From an uncultured Victivallis sp. (GTDB lineage: Bacteria > Verrucomicrobiota > Lentisphaeria > Victivallales > GWF2-50-93): 64,000 bases of DNA. Shown in pieces: positions 8,195 to 19,007 of this stretch. The DNA lies in assembly GCA_964600895.1 (NCBI GenBank), contig CAZRKP010000002.1, positions 78,220 to 142,219 of the forward strand, in the 5' to 3' direction. The translations under genes and the position numbers were made by a program. The number at the start of each line of letters is the position of its first letter. Position 1 is the stretch's first letter. The notes under the pieces were generated by a model. It made no database searches and had not been told where the DNA came from. It saw only the letters and a list, made by a program, of their open reading frames with translations.

Positions 8195-9415
8195 TCAGAC
8201 ATTCACCTCCTTAGGTTCAAGTTCTCTAAAATTCTTTTTCCTTCCGCTGGAAAAAACATCCGTCCAGTTCGTTTTCGCGGTCACTTGCATGAGTATTGCA
8301 AGTGTAATGACAGAGCAGACCGCTACTGTCAGGCCGGTCAGTCCTTTGAAGAAGAAGCTGTATGAGAAAATCACGAGATAGAAGATTTGTCCGAGAGCCG
8401 CGAGCTTCCATGGGAAATCCTTGCCAAAAACCATGGAGAGATAGCTTGTGACAAGTGACACCGATATAACTGCGGATATAGCAAATGCGACATGGATGGA
8501 GATGATGTCCACCATATAGGCGAGAAGCAGATGGAAGGCAAAGAAACCGGCCGTCACGAAAAGGTAGTGCATCGGATGGATGTTGATCTCCCGTATGATT
8601 CCGATAGTGGCCACTATTATGAAGAAGAACAGCAGGCACACTGGCGCGAAATAGGTGATCCTCGATGCGACAGGTCCGGGATTGAGCTTTTCCGGTATCG
8701 TTATGCCGATGTCCTGGCTAGTGATAAGATCGTCGGCCTTCCATTCCATCGCCATTCCATCTGCAGTCTCCTTTGCCGTCATTGGAGACAATGTCCCTTC
8801 GGGATAATCGATGTTCTTGAAGTCCGTCCTGGCGGTGAGTGAAAGGCGTTGCACCCGGCCAGTGTTCTTATCCATGGAATAGCGCCATTCGTAGATACCA
8901 CGTGTCTTGTAGGTGATTCTGAACTCCCTGATGCCGCCCGGTGCTACATCTATGATCTCGTTGATCCCCTCATCTGTCCTTACTGGTGTCTTGACGTTTG
9001 CCCCGTCGATTACGAAAGTGAATTCGTCGTATGTTCCGCCCTTTGCCGGGAAGCTGAAATGCATGCGGACCTTCTGCGGAGTGCTTTCAGTATTCCTTAT
9101 CTTGTATCTGCCATCGAAGCTTGTGACATAGGTTGGATACCAGATCAGCCCTTTCTTCCGGTAGTCGGACCTGATAGATACCTTCACGTCGTTCTCCTCA
9201 GCCATGATCCAGCGCGGAGAGGTGCTCCCCGGGGGCTGGACCGATAATGATGGAGCTTCCTGGACAAGTCTGGATCCCCATAGGGATTCAACCGCGTTAC
9301 CGAGACGGCTGGAGAAACCGTCCGACCTTATCATTGTCGACGTCCCAAGGATGATCCATCCGGCACAACCGATCATATAGATCAGACCGATCGCCACTAT
9401 TCTCTTGATACTCAT
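8195..9415 (-). CDS. CreD-like inner-membrane protein
   Basis: The architecture is one N-terminal TM, a ~230 aa periplasmic region, then five TM helices beginning IHPMHYLFVTAGFFAFHLLLAYM, compared with E. coli CreD LHPMQYLLVGLSLVMFYLLLLAL. A GAAGGAGG RBS is present. Confidence 0.55.
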   Translation of the reverse strand: MSIKRIVAIGLIYMIGCAGWIILGTSTMIRSDGFSSRLGNAVESLWGSRLVQEAPSLSVQPPGSTSPRWIMAEENDVKVSIRSDYRKKGLIWYPTYVTSFDGRYKIRNTESTPQKVRMHFSFPAKGGTYDEFTFVIDGANVKTPVRTDEGINEIIDVAPGGIREFRITYKTRGIYEWRYSMDKNTGRVQRLSLTARTDFKNIDYPEGTLSPMTAKETADGMAMEWKADDLITSQDIGITIPEKLNPGPVASRITYFAPVCLLFFFIIVATIGIIREINIHPMHYLFVTAGFFAFHLLLAYMVDIISIHVAFAISAVISVSLVTSYLSMVFGKDFPWKLAALGQIFYLVIFSYSFFFKGLTGLTVAVCSVITLAILMQVTAKTNWTDVFSSGRKKNFRELEPKEVNV

Positions 9416-9504
9416 ATTGCACCTCCTTCATTCCTGTTTCTGGAAATACGGTATGGGAGTATTGTGAAGTCCTTGTGAAGCGAAGGTGAAATCGGGATGA
9501 AAAA

Positions 9505-11154
9505 TCAGAACATTCCGGTGATATTTCCTCTGGCGTCGATGTCGATCTTCTTGTAGGCCGGACTGCCGGGTAATCCAGGCATGCGCATTATATCGCCGGT
9601 TATCGGTATCAGGAATCCTGCACCAGAGGCGATCTCGATCTCCCTGACGGTGACGAGGAAGTCCTTTGGCCTTCCAAGAAGTTTTGGATTGTCCGAAAGC
9701 GAATTCTGCGTCTTGGCGATGCATACGGGAAGCTTTTCGAGTCCGAGCTTCCTGATGAGCTCGATATCCTTGTGCGCCTTGGGAAGATAATCGACCTTCT
9801 TTGCGCCATAAAGAATTCCGGCGATTGTCGATATCTTTTCTTCAAGCGGTATGTCGAGTGGATAGAGGGGGTGGGATTTCACATTGTTTGCAGATATCAG
9901 GGATACGACCTTCTCTGCAAGTTCCTGGGCACCAGCTCCGCCTTTCTCCCAGGCATTCGACCATGCGAATGGAATACCGTTTTCCCTGAGGAGGTCTGCA
10001 AGGGCCTTTTCCTCTTCCGGACTGTCTGATGAGAATTTGTTTATGGCGACCACGGCATTCGTGCCGAACTGCAGGATGTTCTCGTAATGCTTCTCGAGAT
10101 TTGAAAATCCCTTCTTGAGGGCGTCGATGTTCTTCTCGGTAATCTTCTTCAGATCCGCTCCGCCATGATACTTGAGAGCGCGGACCGTGGCGACGAGTAC
10201 TACGGCACTCACAGAGAATCCAGCCTTTCTCGCGACTATGTCGAAGAATTTTTCAGCTCCGAGTTCAAAGGCGAAACCGGCCTCGGTTATGGCATAATCC
10301 CCGAGCTTCAATGCGAGCCTTGTGGCGATGATGGAGTTTGCACCCTGCGCGATGTTGGCAAAGGGACCGCCGTGGATCAGTACCGGATTGTTCTCGATCG
10401 TCTGCACAAGGTTGGGACATAGGGCATCCTTGAGAAGTGCTGCAGCCGCACCGGCGACACCGAGATCTTTTGCAAAAACCGGATTGCCGGAGATATCCAG
10501 CCCAATGAGGATCTTTTCAATCTTTTCCTTCAGTTCCGAATAACCTTCTGAAAGGCAGAGTATTGCCATGATCTCGCTTGCGGCGGTTATGTCGAATCCG
10601 GTTTCGCGAGGATATCCGTTCTTTGTGCCACCGAGGCTTATGACGATTTCCCGTAGGGACCTGTCGTTCATGTCCATGGCGCGCTTCCAGCGGATGGACC
10701 TTGAATCAAGGTTGAGCTTCCCCCAGTGGAGTTCATTGTCGACTGCTGCTGCGATCAGGTTGTGAGCCCTTTCAACTGCCGGTATGTCCCCGGTGAAGTG
10801 CAGATTGATATCCTCCATAGGTGCGACCTGTGATTTACCTCCGCCCGTAGCCCCTCCCTTCATTCCGAACACAGGGCCGAGGGAAGGTTCGCGGATTGCA
10901 AGCACGGACTTGTGTCCGGATTTCCTCAGCGCATCATGAAGTCCGATCGAAGTGGTGGTCTTTCCTTCTCCTGCGGGAGTAGGGGTGATTGCGGAGACGA
11001 GGATCAAATTCCCCTCCTTTGAGCTTTTCATCTCATCTAGGAGGTTGAGTGATATTTTCGCCTTATAGTTTCCGTATCTCCAGAGATATTTTTCCGGTAT
11101 CCCTGCGGATTTTGCGATTGATGCTATGTCAGTGAGTTTTACGTTTGAACCCAT
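9505..11154 (-). CDS. fhs: formate--tetrahydrofolate ligase
   Basis: The PTPAGEGKTTTSIGL nucleotide-binding motif, the ~550 aa length and end-to-end Fhs-like sequence support the call. Confidence 0.95.
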   Translation of the reverse strand: MGSNVKLTDIASIAKSAGIPEKYLWRYGNYKAKISLNLLDEMKSSKEGNLILVSAITPTPAGEGKTTTSIGLHDALRKSGHKSVLAIREPSLGPVFGMKGGATGGGKSQVAPMEDINLHFTGDIPAVERAHNLIAAAVDNELHWGKLNLDSRSIRWKRAMDMNDRSLREIVISLGGTKNGYPRETGFDITAASEIMAILCLSEGYSELKEKIEKILIGLDISGNPVFAKDLGVAGAAAALLKDALCPNLVQTIENNPVLIHGGPFANIAQGANSIIATRLALKLGDYAITEAGFAFELGAEKFFDIVARKAGFSVSAVVLVATVRALKYHGGADLKKITEKNIDALKKGFSNLEKHYENILQFGTNAVVAINKFSSDSPEEEKALADLLRENGIPFAWSNAWEKGGAGAQELAEKVVSLISANNVKSHPLYPLDIPLEEKISTIAGILYGAKKVDYLPKAHKDIELIRKLGLEKLPVCIAKTQNSLSDNPKLLGRPKDFLVTVREIEIASGAGFLIPITGDIMRMPGLPGSPAYKKIDIDARGNITGMF

Positions 11155-11164
11155 AATTCCCTCA

Positions 11165-12091
11165 TTACTTTGATTTTATCGTGTTTAAATATTGGATCTG
11201 AATCTCATTTTTCAACATTTTGATCCTTTCAGCAAACGGCATTGGCAGGGGAAAGCCCATTGATAATATCCTGTTTATTCCAAGGTGGGCGTCGTGCGGA
11301 CGGCGTGCCTCCGTCTCAGGAGCCCTGTCGAGGCGTACGATGTTCTTCATGTTCCTTTCGAAGATTTCTGCGAATGTCGCAGTAATCCTGTAACGTGTGG
11401 TCTTGCATTGTCCGCTGAAGTGAAAAATGCCTGAGGCATTCCTTTCAAGAAGAAAGAAAACGGCTTTTGCGACATCGCCGGTGTAGGTGGGGTATCGGAC
11501 GATCGAATCCTCCATGTTCCATGGTTTAGCGGAATCGAGGGCCTTGAGAGTGCCGAAAAGGAGATCAGATCTTTCAAGCCCTGCGGCTATTCCATAGAGC
11601 AGGGGAACTCTGAGTATCAGGGGAGTCCTGCAGAACTTGAGGACGGCTTTCTCACCAAGAAACTTTGTTTCCCCGTAATAGTTCACAGGTGACGGGGTAT
11701 CATTTTCATTGTATGGAGGATTAGTTCCAGGGAAAACATAATCTGTGGAGATATAGAACATCTTTGCGTTGCGTCTTGTGGCTTCAATTGCGATCTGTTC
11801 AGTGGCCCAGGCATTGAGCATGAATGCGCCATTCCTGTCCTTTTCACACTGGTCGGGGCTTCTCCATGCGGCGGAGTGAATAACAGCGTCCCATTCTGCA
11901 GACCGGATTCTTGAGATTCCATCATCGGTGGTGATATCTGCGGCAAGGAATCCATCTATGTCCCGGCTGGCAATCCGGATGGCATGTGATATTCGCAGAC
12001 CGGAATCCGCATTGTTTGCAGGATATTTTCCTGAAAGCATTGAGATTTCCGAGCCCAGCAGGCCGCTTGCTCCAGTGATTAGTATTTTCAA
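11165..12091 (-). CDS. RmlD-like SDR (dTDP-4-dehydrorhamnose reductase family) oxidoreductase
   Basis: It has the Rossmann motif ILITGASGLLG and the STDYVF and YGETK catalytic region. Substrate is unknown. Confidence 0.65.
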   Translation of the reverse strand: MKILITGASGLLGSEISMLSGKYPANNADSGLRISHAIRIASRDIDGFLAADITTDDGISRIRSAEWDAVIHSAAWRSPDQCEKDRNGAFMLNAWATEQIAIEATRRNAKMFYISTDYVFPGTNPPYNENDTPSPVNYYGETKFLGEKAVLKFCRTPLILRVPLLYGIAAGLERSDLLFGTLKALDSAKPWNMEDSIVRYPTYTGDVAKAVFFLLERNASGIFHFSGQCKTTRYRITATFAEIFERNMKNIVRLDRAPETEARRPHDAHLGINRILSMGFPLPMPFAERIKMLKNEIQIQYLNTIKSK

Positions 12092-12301
12092 GTTCTGATT
12101 TCCGATTTTCGTATTGGTGATATTTGGGATGTAACTTTATCAAAACTAACATTTTACCTGTAATTTGCAACTTCTTCACACGGCAAGCTTGAATATTTTT
12201 CATGGTCATATACCGTATGCGGCGCTAAAACAAGTGACTAAGTGTCAGAGAGTTTTGAACTGAAGCTTTGACACATTGACATTAAGAACTAGGAGCTGAA
12301 A

Positions 12302-13309
12302 ATGAGCAAGGGATATAATGTTGCGATAGCCGGTGCAACCGGGGCCGTTGGAATTGACATGATGCTTACACTCGAGAAGAGGAACTTCCCCTTGAAGAGC
12401 CTCCGTCTTCTTGCTTCTGAGAGATCCGTCGGCAAGAAACTGAAGTTCAAGGGCGAGGATATTGTTGTACAGGAACTGAAGCATGATTCCTTCAAGGGAA
12501 TTGACATAGCACTTTTCAGCGCAGGCGCCGCAAGATCAAAGGAATTTGCGAAATCCGCAGTCGACGCGGGGGCCGTCATGATCGACAATTCAAGCGCGTT
12601 CAGGATGGACGAGGGCGTCCCTCTTGTGGTTCCTGAAGTCAACCCCGAGGACGTCAAGAAACACAAGGGGATTATTGCCAATCCCAACTGCTCAACCATC
12701 ATAATGGTAGTGGCCGTATATCCCTTGCACAAGGCAAAGAAGCTGAAAAGGCTTGTGGCCGCGACCTATCAGGCTGCGAGCGGAGCCGGTGCAAAAGCCA
12801 TGACCGAACTAGAAGAGCAGTCCAAGAAGGTTCTTTCAGGCGACATGAAGCTTTCGATCGCAGCTCTTCCTCAGAGGATCGCCTTCAATCTCTTCCCGCA
12901 TATCGATGTCTTTCTTGACAACGGATATACCAAGGAGGAGATGAAGATGACTTTCGAGGGCAGGAAGATCATGCATCATCCTGACCTGAAGGTTTCCTGC
13001 ACATGCGTACGTGTGCCGGTAATGCGCGCCCATTCCGAGGCGCTCAACATGGAGTTTGAGAATGATATCACTCCTGAAGAGGCCAGGAAGATCCTGTCAA
13101 AGGCTCCAGGTGTCCAGCTGCGCGATGATCCCGCGAACAAGATCTATCCGATGCCGATTGAAGCGTCCGGCATGTATGATGTGCTTGTAGGAAGGATCCG
13201 TCAGGACATCTCCAGGGACGACAAGCGCGGGATTGACATGTTTGTCAGCGGTGACCAGCTCCTGAAGGGCGCCGCACTCAATGCGGTGCAGATCGCAGAA
13301 ATTTTATAA
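12302..13309 (+). CDS. asd: aspartate-semialdehyde dehydrogenase
   Basis: Motifs AIAGATGAVG and the active-site NPNCSTI are present. Length is 335 aa. An AGGAG RBS precedes the start. Confidence 0.92.
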   Translation: MSKGYNVAIAGATGAVGIDMMLTLEKRNFPLKSLRLLASERSVGKKLKFKGEDIVVQELKHDSFKGIDIALFSAGAARSKEFAKSAVDAGAVMIDNSSAFRMDEGVPLVVPEVNPEDVKKHKGIIANPNCSTIIMVVAVYPLHKAKKLKRLVAATYQAASGAGAKAMTELEEQSKKVLSGDMKLSIAALPQRIAFNLFPHIDVFLDNGYTKEEMKMTFEGRKIMHHPDLKVSCTCVRVPVMRAHSEALNMEFENDITPEEARKILSKAPGVQLRDDPANKIYPMPIEASGMYDVLVGRIRQDISRDDKRGIDMFVSGDQLLKGAALNAVQIAEIL

Positions 13310-13325
13310 TATAATTGAACGTATT

Positions 13326-13361
13326 AAAGCCGGCAGGCCGTGGCTTGCCGGCTTTTTTTTT
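13326..13361 (+). terminator. rho-independent terminator of asd
   Basis: A hairpin aaagccggcagg-ccgtgg-cttgccggc is followed by a T9 run. Confidence 0.8.
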
Positions 13362-13420
13362 GAACTCGATCGGCTATGTGATATATTCAGCCCAACGCAA
13401 AAGTTCAATGGGGGAGTGGA

Positions 13421-14011
13421 ATGCTAACCGGAATACTTCTTGTCATGCTGACAGTGGGGCTATTCTTCTTTTCAGTCATATTTTTCATGACAGGATTACT
13501 CCTGATCTTCTTCAGAAGGCTGAAACTCTCTCTGATTATATTCGCAATTTCCTTTGTCATGGCGCTTAGCGGAGTGTCGTCGGGAGTTTTCATCATGTAT
13601 AAGTCCTTCAAGACCGTCAAAGGATGGATTCAATCATTTGCTTCGGAGAGGACGGGGATGGAGATTTTTTCAGCGACTGTGATGGAGAAGGTCCCCTCCA
13701 GCGTGAAAATCCTGCATAGCCAGGATGACTCAATACCCCTTGGATTCGATCCAATCTACTGGTTGCATTTCAGCATCATCCCGAAGGATTTCGAGAAAGT
13801 TTTGGCTCAACATCCCTATGCCAGGCTTGATAAGGGTGACGACATGTCCTTATGCAATCCTCCGGACTGGTGGAATCCTAAATTGCTGAGCAATGTTGAA
13901 TATTATCGATATGACAGAAATCATCCGGGATCTAATGTGCTTTGGGAATCAACAATTATCTGGGTAAATAGCGAGCATACGGAAGTCTATTTTTGTCTTG
14001 TATATTTTTAA
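13421..14011 (+). CDS. hypothetical membrane protein
   Basis: A GGGGGAG RBS is present. It has three N-terminal TM helices and a ~110 aa C-terminal domain with no motif I recognise. Confidence 0.6.
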   Translation: MLTGILLVMLTVGLFFFSVIFFMTGLLLIFFRRLKLSLIIFAISFVMALSGVSSGVFIMYKSFKTVKGWIQSFASERTGMEIFSATVMEKVPSSVKILHSQDDSIPLGFDPIYWLHFSIIPKDFEKVLAQHPYARLDKGDDMSLCNPPDWWNPKLLSNVEYYRYDRNHPGSNVLWESTIIWVNSEHTEVYFCLVYF

Positions 14012-14099
14012 TTCAAATCCTTGCCAGTGGCATGTTAGGGTGATAGATTAACTCTCCTTTCGCTATAATAAAAAAATATGGAAATAAGGGAGAAGGGAT

Positions 14100-15770
14100 A
14101 TGGAAATTTCAGTATTGCAAAAAGTCCGGGCCTCTTACGAGCCTAAGCTTCCACCTGCATTTGTAAATGGTGCGCTTGTAACGGTCTCAAAGAGCGATCC
14201 TACTGAATCCATAGGCGATCAGGAGAGCATCAAGAAGCTTTTTCCTGTGAACTACGGTAAGCCGATCCTTGATCTTTCGGCCGGAGGAGGAGAGCAGAAG
14301 AAGGCTCTAAAGCCGATCAATGTAGGTGTGATCCTTTCCGGCGGCCAGGCTCCCGGCGGTCATAACGTTATATCGGGACTTTTTGACGGGCTTAGATCGA
14401 TAAACGACAAGTGCAAGCTGTTTGGTTTCCTCGGTGGTCCGAGCGGACTTGTCGAGAACAAATCCATCGAGATCACTGCCGAAATTGTCAGCCAGTACCG
14501 CAACACCGGCGGGTTCGACATGATAGGTTCAGGACGTACCAAGCTTGAATCGACTGAACAGTTCGAGAAGGCTGCCAAGAACTGCAAGAAACTTGGCATC
14601 AATGCGCTTGTGATAATCGGCGGTGACGATTCGAACACAAATGCATGTCTTCTGGCAGAGCATTTCTGCATGAAGAAGATTCCGATACAGGTGATTGGTT
14701 GCCCCAAGACCATCGACGGCGACCTGAAAAACGAGTTCGTGGAAACCTCGTTCGGCTTTGACACTGCGTGCAAGGTCTACAGTGAACTCATTGGCAACAT
14801 CGCCAGGGATGCTGATTCTGCGAAGAAATACTGGCATTTCATAAGGCTGATGGGGCGCACAGCCTCGCATATAACTCTGGAATGTGCTCTGCAAACGCAT
14901 CCTAACATTGCCCTGATATCCGAAGAGATCGCAAAGGAGAAGCAGACCCTTGCCGACATCGTGGACGATATCACGAAGATCGTGTGCAAGCGAGGCAAGA
15001 AGGGCAGGAACTTCGGAGTGGCGCTGATCCCTGAAGGCCTTATTGAATTCATCCCCGAGATCAAGAAGCTCATTGGCGATCTCAACGAGATAATGACCAA
15101 GGATGAAGCCGCCCTCAACTTCCTGAAGACAGATGAGGAGAAGACAAGCTTCATAAGGGGCAAACTCGGTAACGAAACGGCCTCAGTCTATGTCTCGTTG
15201 CCCATGCAGATTCAGATTCAGCTCATCAAGGACAGGGATCCTCATGGAAACGTCCAGGTTTCGATGATAGAGACTGAAAAACTGCTTGCTCAGATGGTTG
15301 AGACAAAGATCAACCTTCTCAAATCGCAAGGCAAGTCCGAGGCGAAGGACGTAAAATTCAAGGCGCAGTGCCATTTCCTTGGTTATGAGGGAAGATGTGC
15401 AGCACCTTCGAACTTCGATGCGGACTACTGCTACAGCCTTGGTGCAACAGCCGCCGCCCTTATCGGTTGCGGAAGCACCGGATACATGGCTGCGGTAAGA
15501 AATCTTACCAAGCCTTCCGACCAGTGGTTGAGCTGCGGTATCCCGATAACAATGATGATGAACATGGAGAGAAGGCACGGCAAGGAGAAGCCGGTGATAC
15601 AGAAGTCGCTGGTCTATCTCCCAGACAGGCCATTTCAGGAGTTCGAGGAGAACCGCGACAAATGGGCAATAGAGACTGAATATCTATATCCGGGCCCGAT
15701 CCAGTACTTCGGCCCCTCTGAAGTAAGCGACCAGACCACGAAGACGCTTGCTCTCGAGCACAGCGAATAG
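14100..15770 (+). CDS. pfp: diphosphate--fructose-6-phosphate 1-phosphotransferase (PPi-PFK, long type)
   Basis: It has GGDDS (Asp, not Gly, which marks PPi-dependent enzymes) and PKTIDGD. Length is 556 aa. Confidence 0.9.
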   Translation: MEISVLQKVRASYEPKLPPAFVNGALVTVSKSDPTESIGDQESIKKLFPVNYGKPILDLSAGGGEQKKALKPINVGVILSGGQAPGGHNVISGLFDGLRSINDKCKLFGFLGGPSGLVENKSIEITAEIVSQYRNTGGFDMIGSGRTKLESTEQFEKAAKNCKKLGINALVIIGGDDSNTNACLLAEHFCMKKIPIQVIGCPKTIDGDLKNEFVETSFGFDTACKVYSELIGNIARDADSAKKYWHFIRLMGRTASHITLECALQTHPNIALISEEIAKEKQTLADIVDDITKIVCKRGKKGRNFGVALIPEGLIEFIPEIKKLIGDLNEIMTKDEAALNFLKTDEEKTSFIRGKLGNETASVYVSLPMQIQIQLIKDRDPHGNVQVSMIETEKLLAQMVETKINLLKSQGKSEAKDVKFKAQCHFLGYEGRCAAPSNFDADYCYSLGATAAALIGCGSTGYMAAVRNLTKPSDQWLSCGIPITMMMNMERRHGKEKPVIQKSLVYLPDRPFQEFEENRDKWAIETEYLYPGPIQYFGPSEVSDQTTKTLALEHSE

Positions 15771-15780
15771 TTGAAAGAAT

Positions 15781-16086
15781 ATGGAAAAGAAGATTATCGA
15801 CGTTAAATACGTTGCTGCACTTGCAAGGCTTGAGCTTGACGAAGATAAGGAGCAGCGTCTCCAGAAGGAAATGGAGACCATACTGAACTACGTCAATTCC
15901 CTTTCAGAGCTTGATGTTTCGGGAATCGAGCCTACCGCCCATGCGGTTCAGATGACCAACGTCCTGAGGAACGATGTTTCCTCCAGCACATTCCCAAGGG
16001 ATGTGATGCTTGCCAATGCTCCTGAGACGGTTGGTGGGGAACTCATAAAGGTTCCTGCTGTGATTCCCGGAGAAGAGGAGTCCTGA
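15781..16086 (+). CDS. gatC: Asp/Glu-tRNA amidotransferase subunit C
   Basis: GatC-like sequence of ~100 aa. It overlaps gatA by 1 nt (TGATG). Confidence 0.9.
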   Translation: MEKKIIDVKYVAALARLELDEDKEQRLQKEMETILNYVNSLSELDVSGIEPTAHAVQMTNVLRNDVSSSTFPRDVMLANAPETVGGELIKVPAVIPGEEES

Positions 16087-17555
16087 TGTCAATCAGCGTT
16101 GAAAATCTGACCATTCATGAATCCGCCAGCCTTCTTGCAGATAAGAAAATTTCCTCGGTGGAATTATGCAAGGCATATGTTGACCGTGCAAGGAAATTGG
16201 AACCAAAGATTAAGGCGTTCCTAAAGCTTAACGAGGAGGAGATATTTTCCCAGGCGAAGGCTTCAGATGAGAGAAGGGTTTCAGGCAAGAGTCTCAGCCC
16301 CTACGACGGTGTCCCAGTGGCGATCAAGGACAACATTACTGTTAAAGGCCAGTCATGCACATGTGCCTCGAAGATCCTTGAAGGCTTGAACTCCCCCTAC
16401 GATGCAACAGTGATAAAAAAGCTGAAGGAGAAAGGTTTCGTCCTTTATGGAAGGACGAACATGGACGAGTTTGCCATGGGCTCATCGTGTGAGAACAGTT
16501 CCTTCCAGAAGACTGCCAATCCCTGGGATACAAATTGTGTACCAGGAGGTTCCAGCGGAGGTTCGGCGGCTTCAGTCGCTGCTGGCGAGGTGACCGCCGC
16601 TCTTGGCTCAGACACAGGTGGCTCGATACGCCAGCCGGCATCGCTTTGTGGTGTCGTAGGGTTCAAGCCGACATATGGAAGGATATCAAGATACGGGCTG
16701 ATTGCTTTTGCATCCTCACTCGACCAGATTGGACCTATTACCAGAGATGTAGAGGATGCTGCAATCCTGACAGATGCGATGTATGGAAGGGATTCCATGG
16801 ATGCAACCTCGCTCCCATCCACCAATGAAAGTTTTGCCGAAGGACTGGGAAGCCTTAAGGATCTCAAGGGTGTAAGGATAGGACTACCCAAGGAATGCTT
16901 CGAGGTTGAGGGACTCGATGCAGGAGTCAGGAAAATCATGGACAAGTCGATCCAGGTCTTCAAGGATCTCGGAGCCGAGATGGTACAGGTCTCTCTACCT
17001 CATTCGAAATATGCAGTCGCTACATATTACGTCATCGCCACAGCCGAAGCAAGTGCGAACCTCGCAAGGTTCGACGGCATCCGCTACGGTAAACGCGTGA
17101 AGACAGACGGGCTTCTTGAGACTTATCTCGAGACGCGAGGAGCGGGATTTGGAGATGAGGTCAAGCGCAGGATCATCCTCGGAACTTTTGTCCTGAGCAG
17201 CGGATATTACGATGCCTATTACACAAAGGGACAGAAGGTCAGGACGCTAATCAGGAAGGATTTCCAAGAGGCATATAGGAAATGCGATGTCGTTCTTACG
17301 CCTGTTTCGCCGACGACAGCATTCAAGTTCAATGAGAAATCGGATCCTCTGCAGATGTACCTTGCGGACATTTTCACGATCTCAACAAATCTTGCCGGGA
17401 TATGCGGGATAAGCGTACCTGCCGATGTGCATGAGAACGGACTGCCTGTCGGGATACAGCTTGTAGGTCCGGACATGGGAGAGAAACAGCTTCTGCGGAT
17501 TTCGCATATTTTCGAGAGGAACAGGCCACGCAAGGAATTCATACCTGGGATTTAG
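16086..17555 (+). CDS. gatA: Asp/Glu-tRNA amidotransferase subunit A
   Basis: The amidase signature GGSSGGSAASVAAG is present. Length is 489 aa. Confidence 0.95.
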   Translation: MSISVENLTIHESASLLADKKISSVELCKAYVDRARKLEPKIKAFLKLNEEEIFSQAKASDERRVSGKSLSPYDGVPVAIKDNITVKGQSCTCASKILEGLNSPYDATVIKKLKEKGFVLYGRTNMDEFAMGSSCENSSFQKTANPWDTNCVPGGSSGGSAASVAAGEVTAALGSDTGGSIRQPASLCGVVGFKPTYGRISRYGLIAFASSLDQIGPITRDVEDAAILTDAMYGRDSMDATSLPSTNESFAEGLGSLKDLKGVRIGLPKECFEVEGLDAGVRKIMDKSIQVFKDLGAEMVQVSLPHSKYAVATYYVIATAEASANLARFDGIRYGKRVKTDGLLETYLETRGAGFGDEVKRRIILGTFVLSSGYYDAYYTKGQKVRTLIRKDFQEAYRKCDVVLTPVSPTTAFKFNEKSDPLQMYLADIFTISTNLAGICGISVPADVHENGLPVGIQLVGPDMGEKQLLRISHIFERNRPRKEFIPGI

Positions 17556-17558
17556 AAT

Positions 17559-19007
17559 ATGTCAAAATATGATGTTGTCATAGGATTGGAAGTGCATGTC
17601 CAGGTAAGGACGGACAGCAAGATGTTCTGTTCATGTCCGAACAGGTTCGGGCAGGAGCCGAACACCATGGTGTGTCCTGTCTGCATGGGACTGCCCGGGG
17701 TAATGCCTTATCCTAACAGGGAAGCGGTGAGAAAGACAGTGATGGCTGGGCTTATGTGCGGCTGTGAGATAGCGAAGTTCAGCAAATTTGACCGAAAGAG
17801 CTATTTCTATCCTGACATGCCGAAGAATTACCAGATCTCCCAGTACGACCTGCCGCTGTGCGGAAAAGGAAAACTGCATGTCTGCGGGAAAGGATTTTCA
17901 GGTGCAGAGCTTCCTGACAAGTCCATTGGGATCACGAGGATACACCTCGAGGAGGACGTGGGAAAGCTGAACCATTTTGCCGGTTACAGCGGAATCGACT
18001 TCAACAGGGCCGGTGTGCCCTTAATGGAGATAGTTAGTGAACCGGACATGAGTTCCGCCGATGAAGCCTATGCCTACCTCACTTCGCTGAAACAGATCAT
18101 GCAGTATGCCGACATCAGCGACTGCGATATGGAAAAAGGGCAGATGCGCTGCGATGTGAACATATCCTTGAAGCTGGCCGGTGCAAAAGAATTCGGCACC
18201 AAGGTGGAGATCAAGAATCTCAACAGCTTCCGTTCCGCACATCGTTCCATTGAGCATGAGATAATCCGACAGGCAGAGGTGCTTGATGCGGGAGGAAAGA
18301 TAACGCAGGAGACACGTGGATGGACGGATGATCGCGGTGAGACTTATCTGCTCAGGAGCAAGGAGAGTGCGCATGACTACAGGTATTTCCCTGAACCGGA
18401 TCTCCTGCCGATGACATTTTCGGATGAGGATATAGCAAAAATCAAATCGCAGCTTCCCGAGCTTCCAGAACAGAAGAGGGAAAGGTTTGTTGCGACTCTG
18501 GGATTGACTCCATATGATGCGCAGGTGCTTACCCTTGACAAGACGCTTTCGGACTACTTTGACGAAGGTGCGAAGCTTGCAAAGTCTCCCAAGATGCTTG
18601 CGAACTGGATCATCACTGAACTCCTCAGGGAACTTAACGACAGGAATATTCCTTTTGAGAATAATCCTGTTCCTGTAAGCCATCTTGTAGAACTGGTTGA
18701 ACTTGTAAGCGGTGGAACGATCACCGGCAAATCGGCCAAAGAAGTCTTTTCCGAGTTGTTCGCCGGTGGGAAGACACCGAAGCAGATCGTCTCTGAAAAA
18801 GGGCTTGTGCAGATCAGCGATGATTCCGCTATAGAGAAGTTCGTGATCACTGCCATAGAGCAGAATCCTACCCAGGTCAAGCAGTACAAGGAAGGCAAGA
18901 CGGCTGTAATGCAGTTCTTCGTAGGGCAGGTCATGAAACAGAGCAAGGGCAAAGCGAATCCGCAGATCGTCAACAAACTTCTCAGGGAAAAACTGGATCA
19001 GTGCTGA
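17559..19007 (+). CDS. gatB: Asp/Glu-tRNA amidotransferase subunit B
   Basis: Typical GatB N-terminus (YDVVIGLEVHVQ...) and a C-terminal YqeY-like tail. Confidence 0.95.
   Translation: MSKYDVVIGLEVHVQVRTDSKMFCSCPNRFGQEPNTMVCPVCMGLPGVMPYPNREAVRKTVMAGLMCGCEIAKFSKFDRKSYFYPDMPKNYQISQYDLPLCGKGKLHVCGKGFSGAELPDKSIGITRIHLEEDVGKLNHFAGYSGIDFNRAGVPLMEIVSEPDMSSADEAYAYLTSLKQIMQYADISDCDMEKGQMRCDVNISLKLAGAKEFGTKVEIKNLNSFRSAHRSIEHEIIRQAEVLDAGGKITQETRGWTDDRGETYLLRSKESAHDYRYFPEPDLLPMTFSDEDIAKIKSQLPELPEQKRERFVATLGLTPYDAQVLTLDKTLSDYFDEGAKLAKSPKMLANWIITELLRELNDRNIPFENNPVPVSHLVELVELVSGGTITGKSAKEVFSELFAGGKTPKQIVSEKGLVQISDDSAIEKFVITAIEQNPTQVKQYKEGKTAVMQFFVGQVMKQSKGKANPQIVNKLLREKLDQC

Noticed and set aside
8226-8639. 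A 137-aa alternative-frame ORF lies inside the CreD-like gene.
   Set aside because: It is on the same strand in a different frame from a 406-aa ORF with coherent TM topology and a strong RBS. Its composition is Arg/His/Leu-rich and atypical of real proteins.
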